This document shows positions 1-11,615 of a DNA stretch of 64,000 bases, in pieces. A model generated the notes under the pieces. It saw only the letters and a list, made by a program, of their open reading frames with translations, had not been told where the DNA came from and searched no databases. The first letter of the stretch is position 1. Each line of letters opens with the position of its first letter. The DNA comes from Anthoceros angustus (lineage: Eukaryota; Plantae; Anthocerotophyta), in assembly GCA_010909165.1 (NCBI GenBank), contig MU008194.1:124001-188000 (forward strand). Reading direction: 5' to 3'. The translations under genes were made by a program, and so were the position numbers.

Positions 1-266
1 CAAGCTTGAGTCGCACCTTAGCTTGTCCCACTACACCATGACCATGTTTTTCACAAACAACACAAAACATTCGATTCTCTCCATTGATTGAGCAACTCCA
101 CCCAATGAAATGCAACCTTCCATTCTTCCTTGAAGACTCTTGCCTTTTGCACCTTTTGTCTCTTTTGACTCGGTTGGCTTGTTTGGCTATTGTCGCCACT
201 CCTTGTTTGGTCATCACGTGGAGCCCTCCAAAAACCCGGATCTTGAACTTTGAGAAAATGAGCCAT
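1..266 (-). pseudogene. Relic of a TTF-type zinc-finger N-terminus (hAT-transposase / ZNF862-like), frameshifted and cut by the window edge
   Basis: The minus strand reads KARVFKEEWKVAFHWVE and, after a frameshift, MFCVVCEKHGH. This matches the R-x-F-x3-W-x3-F-x-W...FC-x2-C pattern of TTF-type zinc fingers. Confidence 0.45.
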
Positions 267-1577
267 CTTTACCGCAAATTTTTAAAAATTAATATAGCAA
301 ATGAAGAGCCAAAAAACAAAGCTTAAAAGAGAAGAGCTTAAAGAGATGAGCTCAAACAAAATGAACTCTAAACCTAAAGAGCTCAAAAGAGATGAGCTCT
401 AAAAGAAGAGCCCTTACCAAGAAAGAACAACAAGGAGCAAGGAAGAAGAATAAGAAGCAAGAAAGAAGAACAACAAGCACACCACAATGAGGAGAGCAAC
501 AATGAGTGATGCTCCAAATACTAGTGTTGTGGCCTTATGTACTCTTGAAGGGTGTCTATTCATAGCATGATAGGATAAGAGTCCTATTTAAGCCTATGGT
601 TGAGATACCATATCGTAGTCCATCTTCATGGATGAGCGTGCATATCAACAAATTATTTTGGAAGAAGGAGGGACCGTAATCTCCACATATTTGTAACCCA
701 AAAGTTTCTCCATATGTAGGTAGGTAAAGTCTATACCAAATCTATTGCCGTGTCTTCAACTTTTTGGGAGGAAGCAACATTCTTCACCTCCTACTCCCGA
801 AATTTCAAAGTAAGATTGCTCACTTGATTGGCAAAACCAAATGATAAATCATTCACATATGTACACAATTATTTATGCCCCTACAATTGATTGCTCATAA
901 GTTTATGCAATCTCTGCTGTTTAGAATCAATAACTAATAGCGTGTCATCGAACCTGGGATTGTCTCCAATCCCTTTTTGACCATTTACCATCTTAAAAAA
1001 CATGTTGGATACGCAATATTTTCCATAATTCTCCTTAGCATATCCTTGTTTCTGAGAACGCCTTGAAAAAGACTCTTGAGAATGTCAAAGCCCTATCCCT
1101 TCCACAACATGCCCGTCCTCAAGGACTACACAATCTACGCAGCCATACAATCTCGCGAATTACCAGGAAAAAACAAAGGTCGAAAGTAGAATGATGCGCC
1201 GGAAGGCCGGTGCATCAAATGATGGATTGATTTAAGAAACAAGCACCAAATAAGTTGCTTGCACTCAACGACTACACTCAATGCCGCCAACGCTTAAAAC
1301 CCGTAAAGTCAGAGAATGTGCTCCGGTAGGCCGACGCACTTCATGTCATGTGTGCGACCTACTGGCGTACTCTCACAGCCACTCAGCTTGCAAGGAAATG
1401 TGCCGGTACGTTGGCGCACTTGATAAATAGAATGTTTAAGTTTTGTATGATGTGGTCATATCTTTGCAACCGCACCAAGTCCTATTAAAACTCAAAGTAG
1501 ACCAAGCGTACAACAAGCGACCATTTCGAAAACATTTGTAAGGCTAGGTGGGTGTGAGAGGGCACCGCCTACATACA

Positions 1578-1922
1578 TCAATCCGTAACTTGGTACATTG
1601 TCGGTAAGCCCTGCTTTCATAAAATAAAAAGAAGACATCACAACTTCGTAATAGATCACCCATCATAATACTGATCCGACCCAAGGGTGTTTAACTGTAG
1701 AATTTTGATAGCACTCGATGTAGGTATGACCACACTATGCAAACCAAAGTTTTTCACATTCTATTTATCAAAAGCGTTGGCTTACCGGCGCATTTTCTTG
1801 CAAAAGGCTGGGGTAGTGTGGGACTGTGCCGGCCTACTGGTGCACTTGTTAATGTTGGATGCCTTATCATGTGATTGCAACATGTCTGTCAATCCGTAAC
1901 TTGGTACATTGTCGGTAAGCCC
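1578..1922. repeat. 34-bp exact direct repeat pair (1578-1611 and 1889-1922)
   Basis: TCAATCCGTAACTTGGTACATTGTCGGTAAGCCC occurs twice, about 310 bp apart. Confidence 0.9.
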
Positions 1923-2934
1923 CGTTTCATTTTTCCTTTTGATGCTTGGGTTCGGCGCACAGTAGCGGATTGTATGGTTGTGGTAACTACAGGACCATTG
2001 TTGCATCTGTTAGCGGCCCAATCTCCTTGAACTTGGTTCCTTTGTCACTTGCTTTTGTGCCCTTATTGTCTAAGAACGGCCCATCCAGAATCTGGCCACA
2101 TATCCAGAAATGGAAAAATCCATATCCAGTGCGCGTGGAATTGTCATTTTCTTGGAATCTTTCACCTTGTCTCTGTTGGCGGTGGTGACAACTCTGAGGG
2201 TTCGGTGCACGAAAACATGGCCAAGTTGGTAGTTTCTGCGTTGAGTGTGTTTCTTTGGCATTTTTTTTGGGTTTTTTCCAGCCAAATTCAACCGCAATCC
2301 TAAAAGTGGAGACTATCTCTGTTTCAATTAGACGTTGTTAACTTTGCAAAATGCTTTCATAAACCGCTGTGACTTGAGCTTTATCTCTAACCAAACCAAA
2401 TGTATGATTTGCCCAAAAGAAGGAAGGTCCATGACCACAAATCCAAAGTATTTGCCTTAAGACAAAGAGGAGAAAGCGAAAGCTCGAAGGACTTCTTCAA
2501 ACTCTTGGCATTGTCATCGAGAGTAGACTTTATTAACCAACATCTGTTAGCACTTGAAGTGTTGAGGGACTGAATAGAATCTATGTAGTTGTAGCCGAGT
2601 CAATAGACTCTTGCAACTCCTAAATCATAGCCTTCTTTTCATACATTCGAGCCAATAATTCTCGTTGCTACATTCCCAATGCGGGCCATCTAAGCTATAT
2701 TCCGGACACAACATAGCTTGCTCATGTGATTGCACAACACGCACCCGGCATACTCCGGCTGCTTCTCCGGTAAGCTCTTGTAGTTACAGGGCACACCAAC
2801 CATAGGCGCAGCTTGATAGGCTGGGGCTAGCTCGGTAGGCTCAGCCTCAAGTGCATGTGTATCGTGTTTCGTATTGCTGGAATGGGCAGGATGTAGGGAG
2901 ATGGTATGTGTTCCTTGTGTGAATTTTTCCCCGT

Positions 2935-3007
2935 GCTTTTATGAACGAGTCCTTGGTTGATTTCCCAAGAAGAAAGGAGCACCAACCAGGGACTGGTTCA
3001 TGAAAGC
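2935..3007. repeat. Hairpin with a 25-bp stem (3 mismatches) and a 23-nt loop
   Basis: 2935-2959 GCTTTTATGAACGAGTCCTTGGTTG pairs with 2983-3007, whose reverse complement is GCTTTCATGAACCAGTCCCTGGTTG. Confidence 0.85.
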
Positions 3008-3079
3008 AAGGTTGTTTATCTTGGACCTAACTTGGGGAAGAACTGAGAAGCACAAGGAGATCCGCGTGCGTGAAAGTCT

Positions 3080-3102
3080 GGAGAAGCTCAGTGAGCTTCT
3101 CC
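3080..3102. repeat. Perfect 11-bp inverted repeat with a 1-nt centre
   Basis: GGAGAAGCTCA-G-TGAGCTTCTCC. Confidence 0.9.
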
Positions 3103-3721
3103 AAACTTTAAAATATATTATGTTTTAGCGCTAATTCTCTATTTTCATAAAATAAAAAATAATCCTCATATGGTTATAAAACCCCCTAGCGACTATCAGC
3201 GGAAAGTCCTAAGGGGGAAAAGTCTACAATAAACTACATGTAGCGCAGACTTCGCAGCACAGAAGGGTCCTTTGTCGTTGTGAGGCTTGAGGGTCATTTC
3301 GGTCCAACTACAATTTTCAGCAAGTCGGTTTCCGTCAACATATACAGCATTTAAACCAGTGCATCACATACCTAAACAAAGGGTTTAGACAGTCGGTCTC
3401 TTATTTCCTCTGCCTACATACATCAATAATAATAAATAATACATATATTACCTAATCATAGTAATGATAGCAAAACACTTTTATCACAACATTAACTAGA
3501 TTGTAATGCAACTCATTAACTAGGGAAAGATACCATGTGTTAGAATTTAAGAATATGTATACGTTAAAGGTGGTAAGTAGATAGGTTTCTTTTTCTCTTC
3601 CCATATTCATGTTAAAGGAGGTTACTGGTTAGGTTTCTTTTTCTGTTCCCATATGATTATTCGGGTTTGTTCTGCAGAACTCCCTTATGTGAATTAGAAA
3701 GTACAAGAGTTCAAAGGGGCG

Positions 3722-4098
3722 ATTGTTGTTTATCTTAATGGTAATGGAGCACGTTTCTAAGCAATATACAAATCAAATATTATGGTGAAATTGTTTATCT
3801 TAATGGTAATGGAGCACGTTTCTAAGCAATATACAAATCAAATATTATGGTGAAATTTCTAAACATCACAGCATGAATATATTCGGGTTTGGGGAATTTT
3901 CCATGTGACAAATTCAACACGTTTCATTCATCTAAAGAATCGGGTTTAGGGTGAGTCTATTTGACAACCCTATTTAATATATTTCATTTATCCGAAGAAT
4001 TGGACTTGAAAGTAAAAAATTCAATGCGTTTCATTTCATGTAAAGAATCGGGTTTAGGGTGAGTCCATTTGACAACCATATTTAACATATTTCATTTC
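3722..4098. repeat. Two local duplications (about 65 bp x2 at 3722-3858; about 80 bp x2 at 3911-3990 and 4017-4098)
   Basis: TTGTTTATCTTAATGGTAATGGAGCACG...TATGGTGAAATT is repeated in tandem. AATTCAA...AAAGAATCGGGTTTAGGGTGAGTC(T/C)ATTTGACAACC is repeated with a few substitutions. Confidence 0.85.
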
Positions 4099-4853
4099 AT
4101 GGACTAAAAAGTAAAAGAATCATCAAATTTTTTTTAATAATGGGCCCTAATTGTTTGCAATGGCTCTTCAAGAAAAAGGCATGCGGTTATTTTTTAATTT
4201 TTGATATTTAAATATTTTATAAGAAAAAATCATTGCACATATTGGCCAAAATATTTCAAGCGATGCCTAGCATTTACTTGCAACGTACATGTTTGGCAGT
4301 CGTATAAGCGGAGCAAATAGGTTACTAGAAATACCTTGCAAAAGAAGTGTGTGGCTATTTTTGAGAAAAATTAATAATCAATTATATATACTAAATATAA
4401 ATTAATAATCAGTTATTACAAGTATGGCTTTGATCTTGTTCATGGTAGGCCGATGATCCAGTTGTAGTATAAGAGATTTCTGACTCCAAATACAGAGGAG
4501 GTAGTTGTAGGGTAGAAGCATCCTTTGTTATGCTATGCTAAGGGCCCAAGATGCAACAATCCTCAAATACCAATTCAATATGAAAACGTTGAAGCCGGGA
4601 GCTAAGTCTAGGAATGGATGTGTTTGTCATTGTAAAAGAAGGGCTGATTGCATATCAGGCGACAAACCCTTGGGTAACTTAATGGGGCTACTATATCTAT
4701 CTCTTTTGAATGGATTATCTTTTTCTATTAATTTAAATCGATTTGATATGACCTTAAATATCTATTTACTGAATAAATTGAATAACTCACTAAATGCTAT
4801 ATATGAAATCCCTTCGATCGACTTATCTTGTGCCGTAAGGATGAGTTGATGAG

Positions 4854-5050
4854 TTTGCGTGGGTTTCCTATGACTGCAAGTCCCAATTGGGTGTTTGCGT
4901 GGGTTTCTAATGACAGTAAGTCCCAACTGGGCTTTTTGCATGAGGGGGTTCTTACGACGACTGCAAGTCCCAACAAAGCATTTGTTTGGGTTTCTTATGA
5001 CTGCAAGTCCCAACTGGGCGTTTGCGTATGGCTGCAAATCCCAACCGGGC
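4854..5050. repeat. Degenerate minisatellite, about 39-bp unit, about 5 copies
   Basis: The core GGGTTTC(C/T)TATGACTGCAAGTCCCAA(C/T)TGGG recurs. Confidence 0.85.
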
Positions 5051-6086
5051 ACGACGGTTGGTAGGTCTTACTTTTATATATTTTAATTTTTTTATTTACA
5101 TAATAATTCACAATATATTTTAGAGATAGCTTGTATCACAATTACATTACATGTAATGTAATAGTTACACCTTAGCAATTATAACTTTGTGCTTATGAGA
5201 AGATACAAACAAAAAATGATATTTTATCACCGTAATTACTCTAGTGGAGGAATCTTACTCGTCAAACCCAAAAGCCTAGTGAAGGATATAGTTCTACTAA
5301 AAAAATTATCACCCATAGGAACATGCAAGCTGTTTGCATGTTCCTATGTTCCTGCAATAGACTTCTTCTCCTTCATCTTCCTTATGGGTCCCTCGAAGAA
5401 CAAGTTCTCAAAGAAGCTTAGGAAGTGGCATATCTTGACCTATGACCACTTGTGACCTACATAGCCTCATACCACTTGTAACCTGGAAGACATACTACAT
5501 AGGTACTCATCATTTTTTTCCTAGTCATAGCACCACTGATTTCAAACATGCAATTAATTGGTTAATAAAAAATATATATTTTAAAATTCTATTCATTATT
5601 TCTTCAAACCCTGACAGAAAGCAGGTAGCTGTTGCAAAGTGTACCTTGCAAAGTCACGCTCCGTTCATCCCCTGCAGTCCTGCACGCGTGTCTGCGACGC
5701 CGGTTATATCTTGTCCGCATGCTGTCAGGTAAACGTACGCCGTTCATATCTTTGTCAGGTATCCGCGATAAACGTCTGACCATGACCCATCACGAAGGAA
5801 ATCGGCCCAGCAACAGGCTGGCGGCCGCCTTGGAAATGTGAGTCACCGAGAGGGCTGGAGGACTTCGGTAACCGGTCACCGGCACAACTTCGCAAGCTCG
5901 CCTAGGACATACCTACTGGACGGGAGAGCCGTGCTCGTTTCCTTGCGTCCATTAGATGCACATTTCAAGGTTAATGTTGGGAACCGTAAAACTCTGCCCG
6001 AGTTAAAGATGTGGCCAGAGGTAGGGGCCGGGCGGAAGACGGACTGTGTTGATCGTCTGACTGCGACGTATCAGAGTTGTAACAAC

Positions 6087-7064
6087 ATGGCCGCCTCCTC
6101 CACGCACTCCCGCTCCGAGAAAAGCAGCACAGACGTGCAGGCCAGGCGTGGCGGCGGCCGGGCAGCAATGGCGGCGGGGGGCACAGCGCACAATGTTCGC
6201 TTGGGGCGTGCCTTTTCGAATTTGAAGAGGAGGAGGGAACCGGGGCCGGGGGAGCTCCGTGTCAATCTCGACCAGGCGTTGCGTGCGGCCAAGGAAGGTC
6301 TGGAAGCCTTGCGGGAGGCCGGCCGGGCGGAAGAGATGAAATCGGAGGAGCTTGACGGGCTCGGCCTCTGCGCGGTGGCCGTGCTGCAGCTGGTGGAGAG
6401 CGGCAAGGACAGCGTGAAGAAGAGACAGCAGGCCGCGCTGGTGCAGGAGAGGGAGGCTAGGGCGGCGAAGGAGGCGGCTTCCGCGGCCGAGCTGCGGAGG
6501 CTGGAGAAGGAGATTGCGGAGCTGAAAGAGAGTCTGGCCTCTGAGCGCAAGGCTGCGCACAGCCAGCGTTGCGAACTGGCCGGCCGAGGGGAGGAGATTA
6601 TGCATCTCACGTCCGACCTGCGGAGGCTGGTGGAGGAGAACGCCGACCTGGAAGAGAAACTAGCCTCTGAGCGAGAGAAGGCAGGTCAAGTGAGCGGCTT
6701 GCAGTATTGGATTATGGACCTTGCGTCCGAATTGGAGCGCACGGAGCAGGACCTGTCCGGCCGAGGGCACGAGGTTATGGATCTTTTAGGTGAAGTGAAG
6801 CACCTGGAAAGCCAACTGGAGTGCTCGAGGGAGGAGGTTAGGGAGCTTGTGGCCAACAGGGAGATGCTGCGTGAGGACCTGGAGGCGGAAAAGGAGAAAG
6901 GGAAGTGCCGGATTTGCTTTGCGCGGGCCAGGAACACCGTCATCTTGCCTTGCTCGCATTTCCAGTTTTGCAATCGGTGCCTGCAGCAGCACAGGGAGCG
7001 GGCCACCACTTGCCCTACTTGTAGAGTCCCTATCACTGGAACTATGGACTTGTACGTGTCCTAG
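6087..7064 (+). CDS. Intronless coiled-coil plus C-terminal RING-HC (C3HC4, IAP/BOI-like) putative E3 ubiquitin ligase, about 325 aa
   Basis: The C-terminus is CRICFARARNTVILPCSHFQFCNRC...CPTC, preceded by a long E/K/R/L-rich heptad region. The ATG at 6087 is in a good context (AACAACATGG). The ORF is open further upstream, with an alternative ATG at 6009. Confidence 0.85.
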   Translation: MAASSTHSRSEKSSTDVQARRGGGRAAMAAGGTAHNVRLGRAFSNLKRRREPGPGELRVNLDQALRAAKEGLEALREAGRAEEMKSEELDGLGLCAVAVLQLVESGKDSVKKRQQAALVQEREARAAKEAASAAELRRLEKEIAELKESLASERKAAHSQRCELAGRGEEIMHLTSDLRRLVEENADLEEKLASEREKAGQVSGLQYWIMDLASELERTEQDLSGRGHEVMDLLGEVKHLESQLECSREEVRELVANREMLREDLEAEKEKGKCRICFARARNTVILPCSHFQFCNRCLQQHRERATTCPTCRVPITGTMDLYVS

Positions 7065-7098
7065 GAGTGCCAGTGCTGCTGTCCCGATTTCGCAGCCT

Positions 7099-7340
7099 GG
7101 AAGTCGCAGTGTTGAAACTTTCGCGGGCCAGGAATACCGTCATCTCACCTTGCTTGCGTTTGCAGTTATGCAGCTGGTGAGTGCAGCAGCAACAGGTAGC
7201 GGGGCATGACTTCCACTACCAGTGGAGTTCCCATCACTGGAACAATGGACTTGTGCGTGTACTAGTGCGGCTGCTGCTGTCTCAGGCCTCCTGCTGCTTT
7301 TCCAATTTGCAGGCCTGGAGGCTAGGACCCGTAGACTTTG
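7099..7340 (+). pseudogene. Degenerate tandem copy of the RING-encoding 3' end of the upstream gene
   Basis: 7119-7265 aligns with 6918-7064. It reads RARNTVISPCLRLQLCSW*, with the RING His lost and a stop. 7262-7340 resembles 7061-7120. Confidence 0.75.
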
Positions 7341-7647
7341 CTAGCATCACTAGCCTACTGGTTTTTTCTTATACTAGTTTGCAGAACTTCTGCTTCTCTG
7401 GATTCAGCAGACCAACAAAGTGACCAAGTGCTAAGCAGCGCCCGCAGAGCTCTCACTCTCTCGAACAGAAAAGCACCATGCTCCAAGTGGCCCGCCTCGC
7501 AGCCCCTTACGTGACGACTGAAAACTTTTAACCCCTTTCTTTTATTCCGTCCACTGACGACTTGCAACCCCTGGACTTCGAACCCTGTCCACTTTAACTA
7601 TATGCGCCTCCACACAGAGGACAAGACTCTACACGGAAATTTCGTAC

Positions 7648-7798
7648 TTCGAAACAAACTCTACACAGAGCAGTTGCTCCTCGAAACAGACTGTATGCAT
7701 ATTGCATGGTAATTGCACCTCGAAACAGACTCTCATCTCATCAATTGCTCTTCGAAACAGATTCTCATGATAATCAATTGCACCTCGAAACAAACTCT
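7648..7798. repeat. Degenerate tandem repeat, about 33-bp period, core TCGAAACA(G/A)A(C/T)T x5
   Basis: Cores start at 7648, 7680, 7719, 7751 and 7784. Confidence 0.75.
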
Positions 7799-8160
7799 AT
7801 ACGATAATCACATCTCCAAACCATCGTATGTACACGGACTGTATCTGGACTTGCACCTCGACCTCGGATCAGGGTGCAATGCTAAGCTCCTCGGGCTACA
7901 CCTTTTCTCAGCTATCTAACTCTCCAACAACTTCCATCCCTCATCATACGCACTAATCTCTAGGCTTGTAAGAGCTCGTCGATCAAGAGCGGCAGCAAGC
8001 TCTCCCTCGACTGTGCAGCTGCTAACCTCGAATTCCATACACACATTTATCTCTACGGGTTCCCCTTGTACAGCTCCTCTTTCATAGTTCCAGCCTCCTC
8101 TGGACTGCTGGAGGAGTCGCATGCATACCACCACTCTAAGCATAAAATGTGCTCTTCTGT

Positions 8161-9933
8161 CTACAAAGCGACTGCAGCTTCAGAGTCCGAGTCGCTCTCG
8201 TGCGCCTGCTCAAAGACCTCCTCCCTGATGGCCATGGGGATGAGGCCAAGGGTTTCGAACATCTTCTTGTCTGCCGACAAGTCGTTGTTCTTGGTTGTCA
8301 GCAGCTTGGATCCTGCCCAGATGGAGTTGGCACCGGCCATGAAGCACAGGGCTTGCTCGGCTTGGGAAAACCTGAAGCGGCCAGCGGAAAGCCGCACCAG
8401 CGAGCTCGGCATCAGGATTCGCGCCGTGGCAATCATCCGCACCATGTCCCAGATCTCCACAGGCTGATTCATAACGAACAAGATGCCGATTAGGAAACCG
8501 AAATGACACGGCGTAGTATAGTAAGTGGCCATGACTCAAGATGCTTCACCTCCTGGTTCTCGAGAGGTGTGCCTTTGGCCGCAACCAGGGCGTTGATAGG
8601 CACAGAATCCGGATGCTGCGGCAGGGTCGCCAGAGTGTGAAGCAAACTAACACGATCTTCTTCAGCTTCACCTAGCCCCAGAATCCCTCCTGAAAACAGG
8701 ATCATCCCAGACGATGCGAGGTTTAAGCCGAATGCGGGGAGATGTGCGATGGCTCGATTCTTGGAACGAGACGCGATTTTGATCGAGGTATGTGTTTACA
8801 ATACGATACAGTACCTGAGCAGACGTTCAGGCCTGCATTGCGCACGAAGTCCAGAGTCTGGAGGCGCTCATCGTAAGTTCTTGTGGAAATGACGGAAGGA
8901 TAGAATTCCCGGGAACTATCCAGATTGTGATTGTATGCGGTGAGGCCAGCAGCCTTGAGCTGCTCCGCCTGCCCTTCCTCAAGCATGCCGAGGGTGCAGC
9001 AGACCTCCAGTCCCATTCCCCTGCCATCAAAATCAAGAAAAAAAGATGAGTGAGCTACTTGAGCCAAATCCTTGAGTATCCACAATTCCACTGTTTCTTG
9101 CTGCGGACGAGTTTGTCATACTTGATCTCCTTCACATAATCCAGAATCTGGCCGAAATTCGTCTTTCTCCCAACGGCATCCCGCCAGGCAGCTCCCATAC
9201 AGAAGCGCGTGCTCCCGCCATCCTTGGCCTTCAAATGTACAGCAGCAAGCAATCTGGCGTCAGCAAGCTGGGAGCAGTGTCACCGAAATTCGGAGCACTC
9301 TTTTTGCCGCTCCTCATCACCTCCGTCACACACCTCTCTGGCAGCCTCCAACACCGAATCTTTGTCCAGCATTTTGGAGGCCTTGACGTAGGTCTTGTAC
9401 CGCGACGACTGCGGGCAGAAGGAGCAGTCCTCGGCGCAGCCCCCGGTCTTGATGGACAGAATGGTGCACAGCTGCACCTCCCGCAACCTCTGCGTCTGCC
9501 GGTGCACTTGCGCCTGCAGGCATCCCGTCCATCGTCAGCTCAGACTGCAGGTATTTCAAGAATCGTCTCCCCCGCTCCTCAATCAATTCAGCTCACGCTG
9601 GAATTCCACGATTCGCAATCACGACTGGCTCACTCACTCACTCACCCCGTGGAACACGAGATCGAGCAGAGGCGAGTCGTAGACGGCGCGAATCTGGTCC
9701 CTAGTCCAGTCGGAACGCGGGCCATCCCGCACCGCCTGCTCAGCCGCGTCGGCAGCCGGCGACAGCCCGGCGAAGCGCGCGGACGGCCACGACACCGGCG
9801 TGGGATGCGCGGGTGCGGGTGCGGGTACGGGCTCGGGCGTGCCGAGGTGCGCAGTGGAGGAGACGAAGACGCGCGCGCGGTCGCGGATGCACGACATGGA
9901 GGCTGCCGCAGCCCGGCGCAGCGCCATCGCCAT
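8161..9933 (-). CDS. BIO2: Biotin synthase (radical SAM), 6 exons: 9933-9646, 9512-9334, 9228-9122, 9020-8815, 8689-8550, 8463-8161; N-terminal mitochondrial-type presequence
   Basis: All five introns are GT-AG and keep the frame. Motifs present: CAEDCSFC (CxxxCxxC), [35 protein letters not shown] and LLTT. Confidence 0.97.
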
Positions 9934-10021
9934 GGGTGGCAGAGAGAGCGTCCAACGCAAATGTCAGGCCGGTGGGATCGAACGTCGGAGCTGGGGCTGG
10001 CTGGGGCTGGCAGACAGGGCC

Positions 10022-10042
10022 GGGACAGGGACTGGGACTGGG
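10022..10042 (+). promoter_or_regulatory. Canonical G-quadruplex-forming motif about 90 bp upstream of the BIO2 ATG (template strand)
   Basis: GGG-ACA-GGG-ACT-GGG-ACT-GGG. Function is not shown by the sequence. Confidence 0.45.
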
Positions 10043-11009
10043 ACTGGAGCTGAGGTCGGGACTGGCATGGAACCTCCTTTTTATCCTCGCGTTGTCGGGT
10101 TTTGCATTTTGGATATCTGTCGGGCAGGATATTCTTTTCTAGCCACTTGGTTAAACGCAGAGCATATTTTCGGGGAGCGTGACCTCCAGTCTCTCACAAC
10201 TTGGCGCATTCTATCGGTTTCGACATCCAAAAGCTGACAGCTGATATGCACATTGCGGTCCCAAATCGCGGCACTGGCACTTCGGCATGCTGCTTTCAAG
10301 AGTACGGCCCGTGAGGCCACGTCATCCAGAACAACAGACGTCGGTTTTGGGTTTGGACGGGACATCCGCTCTGTCCGTGCATCCATCCTCGTGCCCAACC
10401 GCGCGCCTGAGCCTTTTCCTCTCACAGTGCGCTCCCCTTCTACTACGTGCAGTAATAAGTCTGTCTACCTTTTTTTGTACCGCCTCGTGTGGCAAATTCG
10501 TCCCGAGAAAAACTAAAATGAAATTCTTTTTTTTCTAACATAATTATATCATTTAAAGACCCACAATTGGCCTAAAAGAATATTATAGAACAAACTTTAT
10601 TACTTAGCTTTAGTTTGGACATGTAGACGATCTTGTTCTATAATTATGTAATTAACCTCATCAAAAAATCTATAGTTGTATAATAGAATAGTAGAAGAAA
10701 ACCTATCTCATAAACAGGGAGTGCGCAAGGACCACAAGTGTAGAAATAGTAGTGTATCTAGCATTATTTAGGGCACGTTTCGGCTAGTTCATGAACCGAC
10801 ACACGTGAAGCGGTTAGCCCAAGGCACCGCTTCACCATACGAACTTAACATGTACTTCTCAGACGTACTCCTCAGACGATCAATCTATGATTCTCTCTTG
10901 CACAGCACTCGATCCGAGACACACTGAATTATGTCATGGTATCAGAGCAGGGCGTAAATGCACCCTTGTCCTTCCTACCACACAATTATGAGAAATAAAC
11001 CTAACCATC

Positions 11010-11541
11010 ATGCCAGGCTCTCGGAAGAGAGAGCGCAGGCTTAGAAGAGCAAACAGAGTTGCAGAGAGCCTGGAATTTGAGAGATTCCATCGAGAGCAGC
11101 AATGCCTAAAGGAAGCAAACGAAGACCTTCCGGTCCATGTTTGGTCCAGAGTCTCATATATACTACTTCTCATAGGAGATGAACTGCTGCAAAGAGGATA
11201 TCTAAACCCTAATGAATATGACTGGTCATATATCCAGGTTTCCTTCCTCTTCACCAACAATGATTAATCAATACACCACATCCTTTGATGTGGTCATCCC
11301 CTGCAGCGCTGACTACGTTATGGAAAGGATCCATATCCATTTAGACACTCTATCCAGAAGGAACAACTTGTTCAGGGATCCTCCACGACCTGAAATTGAA
11401 GCACTAGAAACGTCAGTAATCCACAAGATCAGCCAACTTCAAAATGCCAAAGACAGCAACGAACCTCAAACAGTCAGGGTCCTACTCACCATGCACTTGG
11501 AGACAACCTGCCTCCTTAGAAACTCGGTCTTTGAGATATAA
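11010..11541 (+). CDS. Unassigned ORF (about 177 aa if one frameshift near 11260 is corrected) between the PBS and gag of the Copia element
   Basis: Two overlapping ORFs (11010-11267 and 11212-11541) join with removal of a single base. The N-terminus is basic (RKRERRLRRANR) and the rest has globular-looking composition. No family was recognised. Confidence 0.45.
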
Positions 11542-11615
11542 ACTAATAGTAAAGTAGCCACGCAAGCTGGCACCTGCCCATACATCCACAAATCAGACAC
11601 AAATAACAACACAAA

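Noticed and set aside
600-2300. Possible degraded DNA-transposon coding sequence on the minus strand
   Set aside because: Only short stop-interrupted frames are present and I recognised no motif with confidence.
3080-3130. Helitron 3' terminus (hairpin plus CTRR)
   Set aside because: No CTRR is found at the expected distance from the palindrome on either strand.
7648-7798. CRISPR-like array of GAAAC-containing repeats with spacers
   Set aside because: The context is a eukaryotic gene region, the cores are only about 15 bp and degenerate, the spacers resemble one another, and there are no cas genes. It is an ordinary decayed tandem repeat.
9235-10425. Several long ORFs antisense to or overlapping BIO2 and its leader
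   Set aside because: They are shadow ORFs of GC-rich coding sequence, with no motifs.
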